A program made the position numbers and the translations under genes. From contig NC_135893.1 in assembly GCF_964194155.1 (NCBI RefSeq), positions 84,754,001 through 84,818,000 on the forward strand: a stretch of DNA of 64,000 nucleotides, written 5' to 3'. This DNA is from Cetorhinus maximus (lineage: Eukaryota). The notes under the pieces are model-generated. The model was not told where the DNA came from, made no database searches, and worked only from the letters and a program-made list of their open reading frames with translations. Positions 63,590 through 64,000 of the stretch are shown one piece after another; the stretch's first letter is position 1; the number at the start of each line of letters is the position of its first letter.

Positions 63590-64000
63590 TTCATTTACAT
63601 GATTTGGGCGTTGCTGGCTAGGCCAGTGTTTATTGCCCATCCCTAATTGCTTTAGAGAAGGTGGTGGTGAGCTGCCTTCTTGAACCATTGCAGTCCCTGT
63701 GGTGTAGGTACACCCACAGTGCTGTTAGGGAGGGAATTCCAGGAGTTTCCAGCAACAGTGAAGGAACGGCAATATATTTCCAAGTCAGGATGGTGAGTGG
63801 TTTGGAGGGTAACTTCCAGGTGGTGGTGTTCCCATGTGTCTGCTGCCCTTGTCCTTCTAGATGGTAGCAGTCATGGGTTTGGAAGGTGCTGCTGAAGGAG
63901 CCTTGGTGAGTTTCTGCAGTGCTTCTTGTAGATGGTACACACTGCTACCACTGTTCGTCGGTGGTGGAGGGAATGAATGTTTGTGGAAGGTGTGCCAATC
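63590..64000 (-). mobile_element. LINE 3' end (family of 1-2283), runs off the window
   Basis: Near-identical to 49390-49800. Confidence 0.85.

Overview
This is vertebrate genomic DNA, not prokaryotic. The repeat content (CR1, Deu-domain SINEs, Penelope-like elements) points to a cartilaginous fish, which is an inference. Four spliced genes were reconstructed by hand with GT-AG junctions and consistent phases: (1) an SLC25A17/PMP34-like peroxisomal carrier (minus, exons 1-7, 3' end off the left edge); (2) ANKS4B (plus, 2 exons, 432 aa); (3) CRYM/mu-crystallin (minus, 8 exons, 315 aa); (4) an unassigned BTB-BACK-Kelch gene (plus, 3 coding exons, continues off the right edge). The rest is mostly decayed, often nested retroelements. 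The most notable non-genic signal is a family of Penelope-derived terminal elements carrying minimal hammerhead-ribozyme-like cores, several with 8-15 bp target duplications and 5' inversions. Also notable: a LINE whose endonuclease follows a tRNA-like head with no room for ORF1, a CpG-rich orphan insert, two solo-LTR-like repeats bracketing CRYM exons 1-4, and an HNF4 site at the ANKS4B promoter. I found no evidence of a wholly new multi-gene system. Repeat family names come from motif recognition, not database searches, and repeat boundaries are approximate unless a TSD is given.
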